DNA of 64,000 nt, taken from the sequence record PX393108.1; one strand, given 5' to 3'. The position numbers were made by a program, and so were the translations under genes. The DNA is from a phage. Under the pieces are notes generated by a model that did not search any database, was not told the DNA's origin, and saw nothing but the letters and a program-made list of their open reading frames with translations. This document shows positions 1-8,559 of this stretch, piece after piece. Positions within the stretch are counted from its first letter, which is position 1. Every line of letters begins with the position of its first letter.

Positions 1-726
1 AATAAAAAGTGAATCTATAGGTCCTTCTAGAACATATACATCACCATCTTTAACTCGTTCAACGCCATAGATTTTTGTTGCTTCAGGATAAGCTTTGATG
101 GTGATATATTTTTGAGGAGCATCTTTCTTTAATGCACGTCCTTGAAAAGACTCAGCTTTTCCATTAGCATTATAAATTGGAATAACAAGACGAGGCTCAG
201 GTATTTCCTTTTTATATGTTCCCGGTGCTATGCTATTAACTAATTTAGGCCATTCGGTTGTAAACCAAAGATATTTCCATTTATCCTTTGGAATACAACG
301 AGCTTTTACATATTTTATAATTGGATGGTCTTCCGCCAGTTTATCTAATCTAATGCATGACGGAAGAGATTTAATTATTTTCTTCTCAGGTTGTTTAGGA
401 AGTTCTTTAGGTTTTTCTACTGGACGACTTTTACCTTTTTCTTTTCTTATTTCAAAGATATACTCACGATATAAATCAGGTTCAAACTCCTTTAAATATA
501 TTCCGATTGGTGCATGATAGTTGCAATTATAACAATGAATATTTCCTTCATTATTATCGCCATAATACCATCCACGGGCTTTATTTTGGTCGGTTTTTGA
601 ATCTCCACAAACAGGGCATCTAAACCGCAATTTAAAAGTTGAACTATTATTTACTTGTGTGAATTTAGGTAAATGAGCTAATGCACGGTATGCAAACTCA
701 TTATCAATCCAAGGTATTGATGACAT
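1..726 (-). CDS. 61: DNA primase gp61, partial (N-terminal part; gene continues past window start)
   Basis: Minus-strand ORF to window edge, start at 726; N-terminus MSSIPWIDNEF with CPVCGDS...HCYNC zinc ribbon; adjacent to helicase 41 region. Confidence 0.85.
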   Translation of the reverse strand, partial: MSSIPWIDNEFAYRALAHLPKFTQVNNSSTFKLRFRCPVCGDSKTDQNKARGWYYGDNNEGNIHCYNCNYHAPIGIYLKEFEPDLYREYIFEIRKEKGKSRPVEKPKELPKQPEKKIIKSLPSCIRLDKLAEDHPIIKYVKARCIPKDKWKYLWFTTEWPKLVNSIAPGTYKKEIPEPRLVIPIYNANGKAESFQGRALKKDAPQKYITIKAYPEATKIYGVERVKDGDVYVLEGPIDSLFI

Positions 727-728
727 TT

Positions 729-893
729 TTACTCTTCTTTTTCTTTAGATTCCTCTTTTTTCTTTTTAGGAATCTGTTCAGGACCTTTATTTACTACAGC
801 ACCTGACGTTGTTCCAGTAGAGATATTTTCAGGATTACCACCCGAATCTCCAGCTACCATATCTTCTTTAATAAATTCTTTATATGTTTTCAT
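729..893 (-). CDS. Small protein (54 aa), 61.1-like, N-terminus MKTYKEFIKE resembles capsid targeting sequence
   Basis: ORF below 60-aa track threshold, read manually; ATG at 893, stop TAA at 729-731. Confidence 0.45.
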   Translation of the reverse strand: MKTYKEFIKEDMVAGDSGGNPENISTGTTSGAVVNKGPEQIPKKKKEESKEKEE

Positions 894-894
894 A

Positions 895-1251
895 TTAACC
901 TCTATTCATAAAAGCATTAAAAATTTGGTCATCAATCGATGGAATAGCAACCTTTTCGGCATCATTTAGCAAATCATTAATTTCATCAGATAGCATAACG
1001 CATGTACCTTTATTTCCTGTAATTGTTACTGCGCAATTACGAACGTTTTCTTTATCAAATTTTAGGTTAATATTTTCGTAGTGAAAATCCTTTAATGCCG
1101 AATATATCTTTAAAATGAAATTGTCTTTTACTACAATAAACCCAACTTCACTATTAAAACGTGGTTCATGGAAACTGTAATAAACCTTTTCATCTATAAA
1201 ATCGTATGAAATTTTTTCCATTTTTAAATATGAAAATTCAGAACTATACAT
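895..1251 (-). CDS. Hypothetical early protein (118 aa) in 61-41 interval
   Basis: ORF track; position equivalent to T4 61.2. Confidence 0.45.
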   Translation of the reverse strand: MYSSEFSYLKMEKISYDFIDEKVYYSFHEPRFNSEVGFIVVKDNFILKIYSALKDFHYENINLKFDKENVRNCAVTITGNKGTCVMLSDEINDLLNDAEKVAIPSIDDQIFNAFMNRG

Positions 1252-1263
1252 ACTAACCTCTAA

Positions 1264-1557
1264 TTACTCACCTACCACTTCAGCGATGATATTTTTATTA
1301 TTGAAGTTTTTATCACAATACAGAACGTAATTATACTGCATTACACCACCAGACTTAAGCTGTTTTTGCACTTCAGCTTTCATTTCAGGACGATCACGCT
1401 CAACGATATTCATAATATCCGCTTCAATTTGAGTTTCAACTTCAGTCTGATCTGCAGTCATAGACCATTCACACAAATCTTTGTCATAACCCGCCATAGC
1501 AGGCTGAGCAGCGCAAGAAGATAAAGCAAAAATTGCAGCAAAGATAAATTTTTTCAT
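1264..1557 (-). CDS. sp: Spackle-like periplasmic protein (97 aa)
   Basis: Signal peptide MKKFIFAAIFALSSCAA; 97 aa; RBS GAGGAG; early promoter upstream; T4 sp position. Confidence 0.7.
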   Translation of the reverse strand: MKKFIFAAIFALSSCAAQPAMAGYDKDLCEWSMTADQTEVETQIEADIMNIVERDRPEMKAEVQKQLKSGGVMQYNYVLYCDKNFNNKNIIAEVVGE

Positions 1558-1581
1558 GATAATCTCCTCAGTAGTTTATGT

Positions 1582-1615
1582 TTATAGTATCTCAATTTTC
1601 AACAAAAGTAAACAC
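1582..1615 (-). promoter_or_regulatory. T4-type early promoter upstream of sp
   Basis: GTTTAC, 18-nt spacer, TACTAT on minus strand; RBS and ATG downstream. Confidence 0.5.
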
Positions 1616-1660
1616 TAGTAGAAGCAAACAGACAAATTGCAATAATTGGTGATTTCAGTT

Positions 1661-1855
1661 TCATTCTTCTCCTCCTTCATGTTGATGAACATATTCTTTT
1701 TCAAGTCTAGAGCACAAGTTTTCATATTCAACTAATAAAAATGAATCAAGTGCGTTATTTCTATGCTGACACCGTTCTTGTAAAGAATCCATCTCTGAAC
1801 GTTGTTCTTGTGTTAATAATTGATAACCTGATACTTTAGACATTTTGTTCTCCAT
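1661..1855 (-). CDS. Hypothetical small early protein (64 aa)
   Basis: ORF with RBS GGAGAA and own early promoter upstream. Confidence 0.5.
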   Translation of the reverse strand: MENKMSKVSGYQLLTQEQRSEMDSLQERCQHRNNALDSFLLVEYENLCSRLEKEYVHQHEGGEE

Positions 1856-1871
1856 TTACTCGTTTGTTTTG

Positions 1872-1900
1872 ATAGGTCTATAATAACATGTTTAAAACAA
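1872..1900 (-). promoter_or_regulatory. T4-type early promoter
   Basis: GTTTAC, 17 nt, TATTAT on minus strand upstream of ORF 1661..1855. Confidence 0.45.
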
Positions 1901-1907
1901 AAGTAAA

Positions 1908-2162
1908 CTATTTTATTTCCTCAAGTTCGTTAATCAATAAAAGTTCTCTGGCGCTAAAAACAAAGAAAAATGTGTTCCCATCAACCAGAGCATGACCGCT
2001 AATAGAACACCCTCTGCGGAATTTAGAAACTTCACAATCTAGAACTGTAAAGGGTTTTAATCCTATGACTTTAGCTGTGCGTCTATTCAGTTCACAACCA
2101 CTCGCGAATTTTTCCAAATCTTCTTCTGATTTAAACTGATATTCTCTATTAACTAGCATCAT
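1908..2162 (-). CDS. Hypothetical small early protein (84 aa)
   Basis: ORF with RBS and own early promoter (GTTTAC ... TATAGT) upstream. Confidence 0.5.
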   Translation of the reverse strand: MMLVNREYQFKSEEDLEKFASGCELNRRTAKVIGLKPFTVLDCEVSKFRRGCSISGHALVDGNTFFFVFSARELLLINELEEIK

Positions 2163-2187
2163 TTTCTTTTCTCCGCGATTAGCTGAT

Positions 2188-2225
2188 AGAATTACTATAA
2201 CACAACTCTATCAGCTTGTAAACTA
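2188..2225 (-). promoter_or_regulatory. T4-type early promoter
   Basis: GTTTAC ... TGTTATAGT on minus strand upstream of ORF 1908..2162. Confidence 0.5.
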
Positions 2226-2483
2226 CTATTTTAAAACTTCTGTATAATCACATGTTACAAACTGTTTCTCTAACTTGACGATTTTACGAAAGTATCTTTT
2301 GCATTGGCGAATCTGCCGCTTTGTAGGGCGCACAGCAAACTTAATAAATTCCACTCGACCAAATGGAGGGCTTTCTTCTGCTGGAATATCTAATACCAAT
2401 TCCCACGTATCTGCGATAAGTGCTTTGAATTGAGTATTTTTCCTGACGTTATACGGAGTAGGTTTAAATAAAACAATATGCAT
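2226..2483 (-). CDS. Hypothetical small early protein (about 85 aa; start moved to internal ATG with GAGGA RBS)
   Basis: ORF 2226..2525 trimmed; ATG 2 nt after dmd stop with RBS GAGGATAA. Confidence 0.45.
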   Translation of the reverse strand: MHIVLFKPTPYNVRKNTQFKALIADTWELVLDIPAEESPPFGRVEFIKFAVRPTKRQIRQCKRYFRKIVKLEKQFVTCDYTEVLK

Positions 2484-2484
2484 A

Positions 2485-2667
2485 TTATCCTCGGCAATCC
2501 ACTTCGCATACTTTCTTGTCATCAATGAAAGCTTTAACTAGCGCTTTATTAACTTCAGCATATTGAGTAGTAGCCCATTGAACGTCATCTTTCATCATTG
2601 TGATTTCTTTAGTAAACATGCTTTCATTCTTAAACCACCCCATAAAAACTACCTTTACCAATTCCAT
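2485..2667 (-). CDS. dmd: Dmd-like antitoxin (discriminator of mRNA degradation), 60 aa
   Basis: 60-aa ORF MELVKVVFMGWFKNESMF immediately upstream of gene 41 as in T4; strong RBS GAGGAG; early promoter upstream. Confidence 0.65.
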   Translation of the reverse strand: MELVKVVFMGWFKNESMFTKEITMMKDDVQWATTQYAEVNKALVKAFIDDKKVCEVDCRG

Positions 2668-2689
2668 AAAAATCTCCTCATTTAACCAA

Positions 2690-2730
2690 CAAGACTACTA
2701 TACCATAGTCTTGTCGGCTTGTAAACTAAA
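2690..2730 (-). promoter_or_regulatory. T4-type early promoter upstream of dmd
   Basis: GTTTAC, 18 nt, TATAGT preceded by TGG, on minus strand. Confidence 0.55.
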
Positions 2731-4153
2731 ATTTTAATTCATTTGCCAAAGCATCTAACTGAGCTCGAGCGGATTCGTTTCTTTGATAGCGATTCTGTTC
2801 AGCCTGAATCTGCTGTGAACCTGCTACTTCGTTCACTTCAGTTGGAGTAGAATCTTGTTCAATTTCTACCCATTTCTGATTTCCTTTTTGAACACCCATC
2901 AAAAACTTATTCCATTTATTCTTATCACCGTATCGTGATTTGATTTGCTTAATGAGTTGTTGTTCAGCAGCTGCTAACTCCTCGGTTTCAATGACCGCAA
3001 GCATAAAATCGGCTGTTGCTGGAAGACCGGCAGATTCTGCAATATCGCTCATGTTAACATCAGAAGAATCCCAAGCTTGTTTACCAACCTGTGCTGCAGT
3101 CCAAAGAACAGTTTCGGTTTCAACAGCCAGAGCACGCAATTCCTCTGCGATAGCTTTAACAGTTGTGTAACTATTTTCTGAATAAACTCTGATGCGACAA
3201 GATTTACAAATACCTAGATAGTCAACAATAATGATTGTTGGAACAAAATTCTTCTTGAGCTTTAATTCGTTTAAAAGCGATCGAAATGTATTAGCGTCTG
3301 CTCCACCAGTAGGATACTGTTTAACGATTAAACGTCCAAGAGTAGATTTCTCACGCCATTTTTCCATTTTTCCTTTATATTCAGCGTAAGAAATATGCCC
3401 ATCATCAATGTCATCAAGAGAAACGTCAAGCATATTAGCATCAATACGTTTAGCACAGACTTCTTCTGCCATTTCCATGGAAATGTAAAGAACATTGTGT
3501 CCGAGCTGCAAATAATCTGCTGCCAATGAACACAATCCTAATGACTTACCAACGTTAACACCAGCCATTAAAACGTTCAGTGTTCCAGTCTCAGCTCCGC
3601 CTTTAGTAATTTTATTTAGAATTTTGAGTTTAAATGGAACCTTACGAGCTTTATTCATATAAGATAGCCAACGTGCTTCGTAGTCATCCATCCAATCATG
3701 ACCAACGTAGCTATCAAATGAAATTGATAATGCTTGGCGCATGATGTCAGGAATAGCACCTACATCTGGCATTTTCTTATTTCGTTTTTCCGGAGGAAGC
3801 TCAGCATTAGTTTGAATTTCAATTATTTTAGATGTGGCGTTAAACATCGCCCTTTGCTGAACATATTTTTCTGTTTCTTTTACTAACCAGCTATGGTCTT
3901 CCGGAGAATCGGCCAGTTTTGAAATAAGTGTTTTTACACCAGAATATTCTGTTTCAGTAAATGAACTATTTTCTAATGCAACATTTAACGCATTAATAGA
4001 TGGAACGCTATGGTATTCATTAACATGAGATTTAATTAATTTGAATGTATTTTTAGCTGGACCACTTTCAAAATATTCTGAATCCATATATGGCCAAACT
4101 TTTGAAAAATAAGCTTGATCAAATATGAGATGAGAAAGAATAATTTCTACCAC
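2726..4153 (-). CDS. 41: Replicative DNA helicase gp41 (DnaB family)
   Basis: 475 aa; Walker A GVNVGKS; DnaB-like motifs; T4 gene order. Confidence 0.9.
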   Translation of the reverse strand: MVEIILSHLIFDQAYFSKVWPYMDSEYFESGPAKNTFKLIKSHVNEYHSVPSINALNVALENSSFTETEYSGVKTLISKLADSPEDHSWLVKETEKYVQQRAMFNATSKIIEIQTNAELPPEKRNKKMPDVGAIPDIMRQALSISFDSYVGHDWMDDYEARWLSYMNKARKVPFKLKILNKITKGGAETGTLNVLMAGVNVGKSLGLCSLAADYLQLGHNVLYISMEMAEEVCAKRIDANMLDVSLDDIDDGHISYAEYKGKMEKWREKSTLGRLIVKQYPTGGADANTFRSLLNELKLKKNFVPTIIIVDYLGICKSCRIRVYSENSYTTVKAIAEELRALAVETETVLWTAAQVGKQAWDSSDVNMSDIAESAGLPATADFMLAVIETEELAAAEQQLIKQIKSRYGDKNKWNKFLMGVQKGNQKWVEIEQDSTPTEVNEVAGSQQIQAEQNRYQRNESARAQLDALANELKF

Positions 4154-4162
4154 ACTTACTCC

Positions 4163-4525
4163 TTAAAAGAATTTAAATTTTTTCTTTGACCTTTTATTAA
4201 ATGCATCTTGTAGTTGCATTGTAATACATTTTTCTACATGAGGAGCTAACTCAGCTTTTCTTTCTTGGTCAAGAACAGCAAAGTCCATTACGACTTTTCC
4301 ATCAACCCAATCTAATTTTGTCACATACACAATGTGTGTAGAACCGTCTTCTAGTTTAATGACAATCTCCTGGATAACATTTTCCATGGCAGATTTAATT
4401 ATCTTAAGAGATTCATTAAAAAGACGTTCTTTTCTTTCTTCTTCCCCCTCCGAAGAGGGGGATTCATCGATAATTTCTAGATCTAAATCTAAATCATCTT
4501 TATTCATTAAATTCTTCCATATCAC
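4163..4525 (-). CDS. 40: gp40-like head assembly protein
   Basis: 120-aa ORF between 41 and uvsX as in T4. Confidence 0.5.
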   Translation of the reverse strand: MIWKNLMNKDDLDLDLEIIDESPSSEGEEERKERLFNESLKIIKSAMENVIQEIVIKLEDGSTHIVYVTKLDWVDGKVVMDFAVLDQERKAELAPHVEKCITMQLQDAFNKRSKKKFKFF

Positions 4526-5681
4526 TTAACTGATCTAGGTCAGTTTCTAAATCAGCTGCTGATTTACTTTTACTTTCTGGAGATTTAAATTTTTCAACCT
4601 TTGAGTTAATCAATTCATCAACTTCAGCTTCAACAATTTCATTACTATCAATAGCACCTAACTGATAAGCGCGTTTAATAGCATCTCGGAATGGTTGATG
4701 CTTAAATAAAGGACCCCAGAATGTAGTACAGTTGGTATCTTTTGCGCGCCAAGATTTTTCTTCGCGAATCATCTCGCCGGTTTCTTCATCAAGAAATTCA
4801 CGAGCATACCAGCCATTTTTAGGTTTTACTACAAATCCTAATTCAAGAGCCATATCTAACAATCCAGAATAAGGATCGATGCCACCGTCAAATTTAACAT
4901 CAATAAAGAATTTACTTTTTTCTTTAACTGTACGAGATTTTTCTACATTTAGAACAAATTGATACCCCTGAAGATCAGAACCATCTTTAATCTGGCGCTT
5001 ACCGATAATGAATACAGTATCAGCCGAATACATTACGCCTGTACCACCTGTCATCACGGTTTTACTAAACATTTCAATTGTTTCAATTGTATGGTTAACC
5101 GCAACGCACGGAATGTTTTTAATACTAAAATAAGGAGTAACAATACGGAATAATGACTTCAGTGATTTAGCACGAGTCATATCTGCCACAGATTTTTCAT
5201 TCAAGGCATCTTCCGTTTCTTTCTTAGAAGCCATATTACCGATTGAGTCGATGAATACAATAACTTTTTCACCGCGCTCAATAGCTTCAAGCTGATTCAC
5301 CATATCAATTTTCAGTTGTTCAACTGACTGGATTGGTGTATGAATTACACGTTCCGGGTCAACTCCCATGGATCGCAAATAAGCTGGAGTAATACCAAAT
5401 TCGCTATCATAGAATAAACAAACCGCATCAGGATATTTGTTCAAATACGCCGCAACCATAGTCAAAGACATATTTGATTTAAAGTGTTTAGAAGGACCTG
5501 CAAAAATGGTTAAACCAGACTGCATACCACCATCAATCGCGCCGGAAATAGCGATATTGAGCATTGGAATTTTTGTACGGATTACATCCTTTTCATTAAA
5601 GAATTTAGATGTAGTCAGTTCAGCAGTCATTTTAGAAGTGGAAGCTTTAATCAAACGGGATTTTAAATCTGCAATAGACAT
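4500..5681 (-). CDS. uvsX: UvsX recombinase (RecA/Rad51 family)
   Basis: 393 aa; N-terminus MSIADLKSRLIKAS; RecA fold ATPase motifs; T4 gene order. Confidence 0.9.
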   Translation of the reverse strand: MSIADLKSRLIKASTSKMTAELTTSKFFNEKDVIRTKIPMLNIAISGAIDGGMQSGLTIFAGPSKHFKSNMSLTMVAAYLNKYPDAVCLFYDSEFGITPAYLRSMGVDPERVIHTPIQSVEQLKIDMVNQLEAIERGEKVIVFIDSIGNMASKKETEDALNEKSVADMTRAKSLKSLFRIVTPYFSIKNIPCVAVNHTIETIEMFSKTVMTGGTGVMYSADTVFIIGKRQIKDGSDLQGYQFVLNVEKSRTVKEKSKFFIDVKFDGGIDPYSGLLDMALELGFVVKPKNGWYAREFLDEETGEMIREEKSWRAKDTNCTTFWGPLFKHQPFRDAIKRAYQLGAIDSNEIVEAEVDELINSKVEKFKSPESKSKSAADLETDLDQLSDMEEFNE

Positions 5682-5758
5682 TCATTTTTTCCATAGGCAT
5701 CATTATATTTTCCTCACTGGTTAAAGATAGAGTAATTATAACACAATAAATTTAGGCA

Positions 5759-6607
5759 TTAATCAACTGCTATTGGATGAATAGCATTAAACTTATGAAA
5801 CGCTTCTGATTTTTCTTTGCGCGAAACACACATGCGAAGAACCTTTAATGGCTCGTCTTCTTCACCTAATGATTTTCGTTTTTCAATATTAGAAGTTTTC
5901 CAACGAGCTTGCTCTGGAAACTCTCTATTGATTTGCTCAAGAGCTCTATTATGTTTTGAATTACTACGAATTGAACTACATCCGCCTGGAGCTTGTGCTT
6001 TTCCAGATACAACCAGATATTTGAACAAGGCCAAATGCGGATAACCTTGATTAATTAAATTGAGAAATGCATACATATCTTCGCATAAATCAATTTTTCC
6101 ATACCCAATTTGTTCTGTTGTAAGTTTTCCAAGGTCATACCATGTATTCGTGAATCCATATGAATTTTCACGATAATTACCCCAAGATGAAGTAATTTTA
6201 AAAATAGGTAGACGAGCATGACCGTGATAATACCCGCAATCCATGGCATCTTCAACGTATTGAATCAATTCATAGAACTGTTCACGAGTTAACTGATTAA
6301 TTTTATCTACGCAGCGACGATCATCTTTCTTTCGCATTGAACTCATACGAATAGTAGTATCATCGTCAATCATCCAAATTCGTTGACCTGCATACATATC
6401 AGTAATTGCTTTACGAGTACCAGCAATTCCGTTAACATCATCAGGAATAGTTATAATTTTAGCTCTAGACCCGTAAGCGTCATAATAAGCTTTTTCTTCG
6501 TGTTCACGTACTACAATATGAGGTTCATAATCAGATGGAAACATATCAAGGGCAGAAACTGCCCCTACGCGTTGATAGCTTGGAATTACGAATTGAATCA
6601 TTTCCAC
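5759..6607 (-). CDS. Putative GT-A fold glycosyltransferase at the position of T4 beta-glucosyltransferase
   Basis: 282 aa; N-terminal VIPSYQR nucleotide-sugar binding-like motif and WMIDDD (DXD) motif; lies between uvsX and 42; not the T4 beta-gt sequence. Confidence 0.55.
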   Translation of the reverse strand: MEMIQFVIPSYQRVGAVSALDMFPSDYEPHIVVREHEEKAYYDAYGSRAKIITIPDDVNGIAGTRKAITDMYAGQRIWMIDDDTTIRMSSMRKKDDRRCVDKINQLTREQFYELIQYVEDAMDCGYYHGHARLPIFKITSSWGNYRENSYGFTNTWYDLGKLTTEQIGYGKIDLCEDMYAFLNLINQGYPHLALFKYLVVSGKAQAPGGCSSIRSNSKHNRALEQINREFPEQARWKTSNIEKRKSLGEEDEPLKVLRMCVSRKEKSEAFHKFNAIHPIAVD

Positions 6608-7338
6608 TCACCGTTATAATCTTTTTTCGCAATATGGGTTTCGCCAGTTTTCCACCAATGGTCAACCAAATAAAAATGACGGGAATACACATGAAGGCTC
6701 CCGACATTCCATATAATGGAACCTGCTTTATACTGACGAGTTGAATCACCTGCATTCAAATCAGATACTAATTTATCTAGTACGTATTTTTGCCATGCAT
6801 AATCATTACGGAATCCGAAGACCACGTCATTTGAACGCATGTTAACCACTGCATTAATTTTCTTATCACGAATCAGGTACTGTACTGTATTAGTACACAT
6901 GAAATCTGACATGCCATCTTTATTGTAGTCAAATTGCATGGATGGACGAGTATAAATCATGATACCACGTCGAGAATCAGGATTTTGACCAAGTTCAGCT
7001 AAACACATATCATACTGGGCATAGTTATCTTCTGACCAGATGGCCCAACCATAATTCGAGTTAATTTCGCCTTTAGAAGATGCTACCTGCTGCCAAATCT
7101 TTGGTGTTTCACCTGGAATATCTTTAACAAACAGACTTTGAGACTTATACCATTCAAGTTCACGCTGAATGTATTCATCATTAAGAGCGCCAAAAATAAA
7201 AGGTTCATCTGCTACAAATGATGCACCAATAATTTCAATAGTTTTAACACCGGTTTTATCAATTACGAAATCTTTTTCCTTTAATGCAATTCCCAAATGA
7301 AGACGGATTTCTTCAACTGTCATAGAATCATTAATCAT
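6598..7338 (-). CDS. 42: dCMP hydroxymethylase gp42
   Basis: 246 aa, thymidylate synthase-like fold; near-identical to recalled T4 gp42. Confidence 0.9.
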   Translation of the reverse strand: MINDSMTVEEIRLHLGIALKEKDFVIDKTGVKTIEIIGASFVADEPFIFGALNDEYIQRELEWYKSQSLFVKDIPGETPKIWQQVASSKGEINSNYGWAIWSEDNYAQYDMCLAELGQNPDSRRGIMIYTRPSMQFDYNKDGMSDFMCTNTVQYLIRDKKINAVVNMRSNDVVFGFRNDYAWQKYVLDKLVSDLNAGDSTRQYKAGSIIWNVGSLHVYSRHFYLVDHWWKTGETHIAKKDYNGEWK

Positions 7339-7491
7339 TTAAACCTCAATTGATACATTCATATTTAACTTGTAACAGTAATAAACTCCACCCTATAATA
7401 AGCGTTGGAATCATACAAGGAACTGCTACGCTATAGTATATACTTATTATAATCATCAAGATTAAAAGCAATACTGCTAAAATTTTGCTTT

Positions 7492-7743
7492 TCATTCCTT
7501 CTCTCTGATGATAATTACTTGATTTTGCTGTACAGATTTTTTAGTTTCACCCGCAATTGACCAAATAAAGGTAATAAACCAACCAATAATTGACCAGTTA
7601 AACAGTAAAGATGTGAAAAAGATTCCTACTGTCGATTTTGACCCACGCATCAAGGCGATGAACCATGGAAGCATGTATATAATAATAGCCAACATGCCTG
7701 AAACTAAAACCATAAAAATTGAACCTGCTACTAAAGTTTCCAT
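7492..7743 (-). CDS. imm: Immunity to superinfection membrane protein
   Basis: 83 aa, two hydrophobic helices; adjacent to 42 and 43 as in T4. Confidence 0.8.
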   Translation of the reverse strand: METLVAGSIFMVLVSGMLAIIIYMLPWFIALMRGSKSTVGIFFTSLLFNWSIIGWFITFIWSIAGETKKSVQQNQVIIIREKE

Positions 7744-7750
7744 ATTTTCC

Positions 7751-8131
7751 TCACTTAGTCAAATTTTTTACACATGAATTATAAGAATTCACTACATACT
7801 CCATCGGAGCATTTTTACCTGTACGCCATTGGTAATTATTAGCCCAATTAGCCCAAAGCTCAGCGCAGTAGTTTTCAATTTTTTCTTCACGCGTAATTAC
7901 ATCTGAATTACGATATGCTTGCGCAGATTCATCTGGACGAATAGCTTCGTCAAAATTCGCCTGCATCTGTTCTACTGTCTGTTTTGGAGCCTCTTTATAG
8001 CACTTGACGTTAGGATTATAAAATTTGCTTGAACAGTTTACAATTTTTCCTACATCAGATTGATTTACTACCGGTCCTTGAGCTACACAGCCAGTAAGAC
8101 CTAATGCAATAACCAAAATAGCGATTTTCAT
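7751..8131 (-). CDS. Putative lipoprotein (imm.1-like)
   Basis: 126 aa with lipoprotein signal MKIAILVIALGLTGC. Confidence 0.5.
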   Translation of the reverse strand: MKIAILVIALGLTGCVAQGPVVNQSDVGKIVNCSSKFYNPNVKCYKEAPKQTVEQMQANFDEAIRPDESAQAYRNSDVITREEKIENYCAELWANWANNYQWRTGKNAPMEYVVNSYNSCVKNLTK

Positions 8132-8141
8132 AACAATTTCC

Positions 8142-8378
8142 TCAAATACAAGTAGTAATTACTCCAGTAGTGCTTACACAGGTATTACCTAATTGAACAC
8201 CCAACGTTCCATTAGTATTCATATGAAGATTATCATCAATTTTTGTTGATACTTTACCATTCATGTGAATAATAGTATTAGATTCAATCACATTCTGAGT
8301 GTCATTTTCAATATCAATAAATGGAACAGCTGCTAATGCAACTAAACACACTGCTAAACAACCATAAACAATTTTCAT
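8142..8378 (-). CDS. Small secreted protein (78 aa); listed ORF trimmed to ATG after early promoter
   Basis: Signal peptide MKIVYGCLAVCLVALAA; RBS GGAGAATAAAATG; the upstream part of ORF 8142..8567 is promoter sequence. Confidence 0.45.
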   Translation of the reverse strand: MKIVYGCLAVCLVALAAVPFIDIENDTQNVIESNTIIHMNGKVSTKIDDNLHMNTNGTLGVQLGNTCVSTTGVITTCI

Positions 8379-8379
8379 T

Positions 8380-8455
8380 TTATTCTCCAAATCCGTATCA
8401 GTTGATAGTTGTATAGTACCATGGAAGAACAGGGATGTAAATAGTTTTGTGAAAA
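8380..8455 (-). repeat. Repeated early promoter-leader module, copy 1 (other copies near 34921-34995 and 50328-50420)
   Basis: 45 nt identical between copies 1 and 2; promoter core near-identical between copies 1 and 3. Confidence 0.6.
8408..8445 (-). promoter_or_regulatory. T4-type early promoter (copy 1 of repeated promoter-leader module)
   Basis: ATTTAC ... TGGTACTATAC on minus strand; leader repeated near 34921 and 50328. Confidence 0.5.
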
Positions 8456-8528
8456 AATTTTTAATGAATTTAAAGGACCTAGAATCATCTATTTTTCCTA
8501 AGTATAGATTTATATTACTTGTATGAAA

Positions 8529-8546
8529 AAGGGACCCGGAGGTCCC
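8529..8546 (-). terminator. Hairpin terminator downstream of gene 43
   Basis: GGGACC-UCCG-GGUCCC stem-loop followed by U-run on minus strand. Confidence 0.5.
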
Positions 8547-8559
8547 TAGATTTATTCTA

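Noticed and set aside
2940-3170. Plus-strand ORFs embedded antisense in large minus-strand genes (for example 2940..3170, 4959..5153, 9334..9678, 13513..13929, 35286..35687, 43459..44052)
   Set aside because: They overlap well-supported genes on the opposite strand, have low-complexity composition and lack RBS or promoters.
8380-8455. Dispersed near-identical repeats as terminal repeats of a mobile element
   Set aside because: They coincide with promoter consensus, 5' UTR and RBS and are all in the same orientation ahead of genes; no transposase or integrase ORF is nearby.
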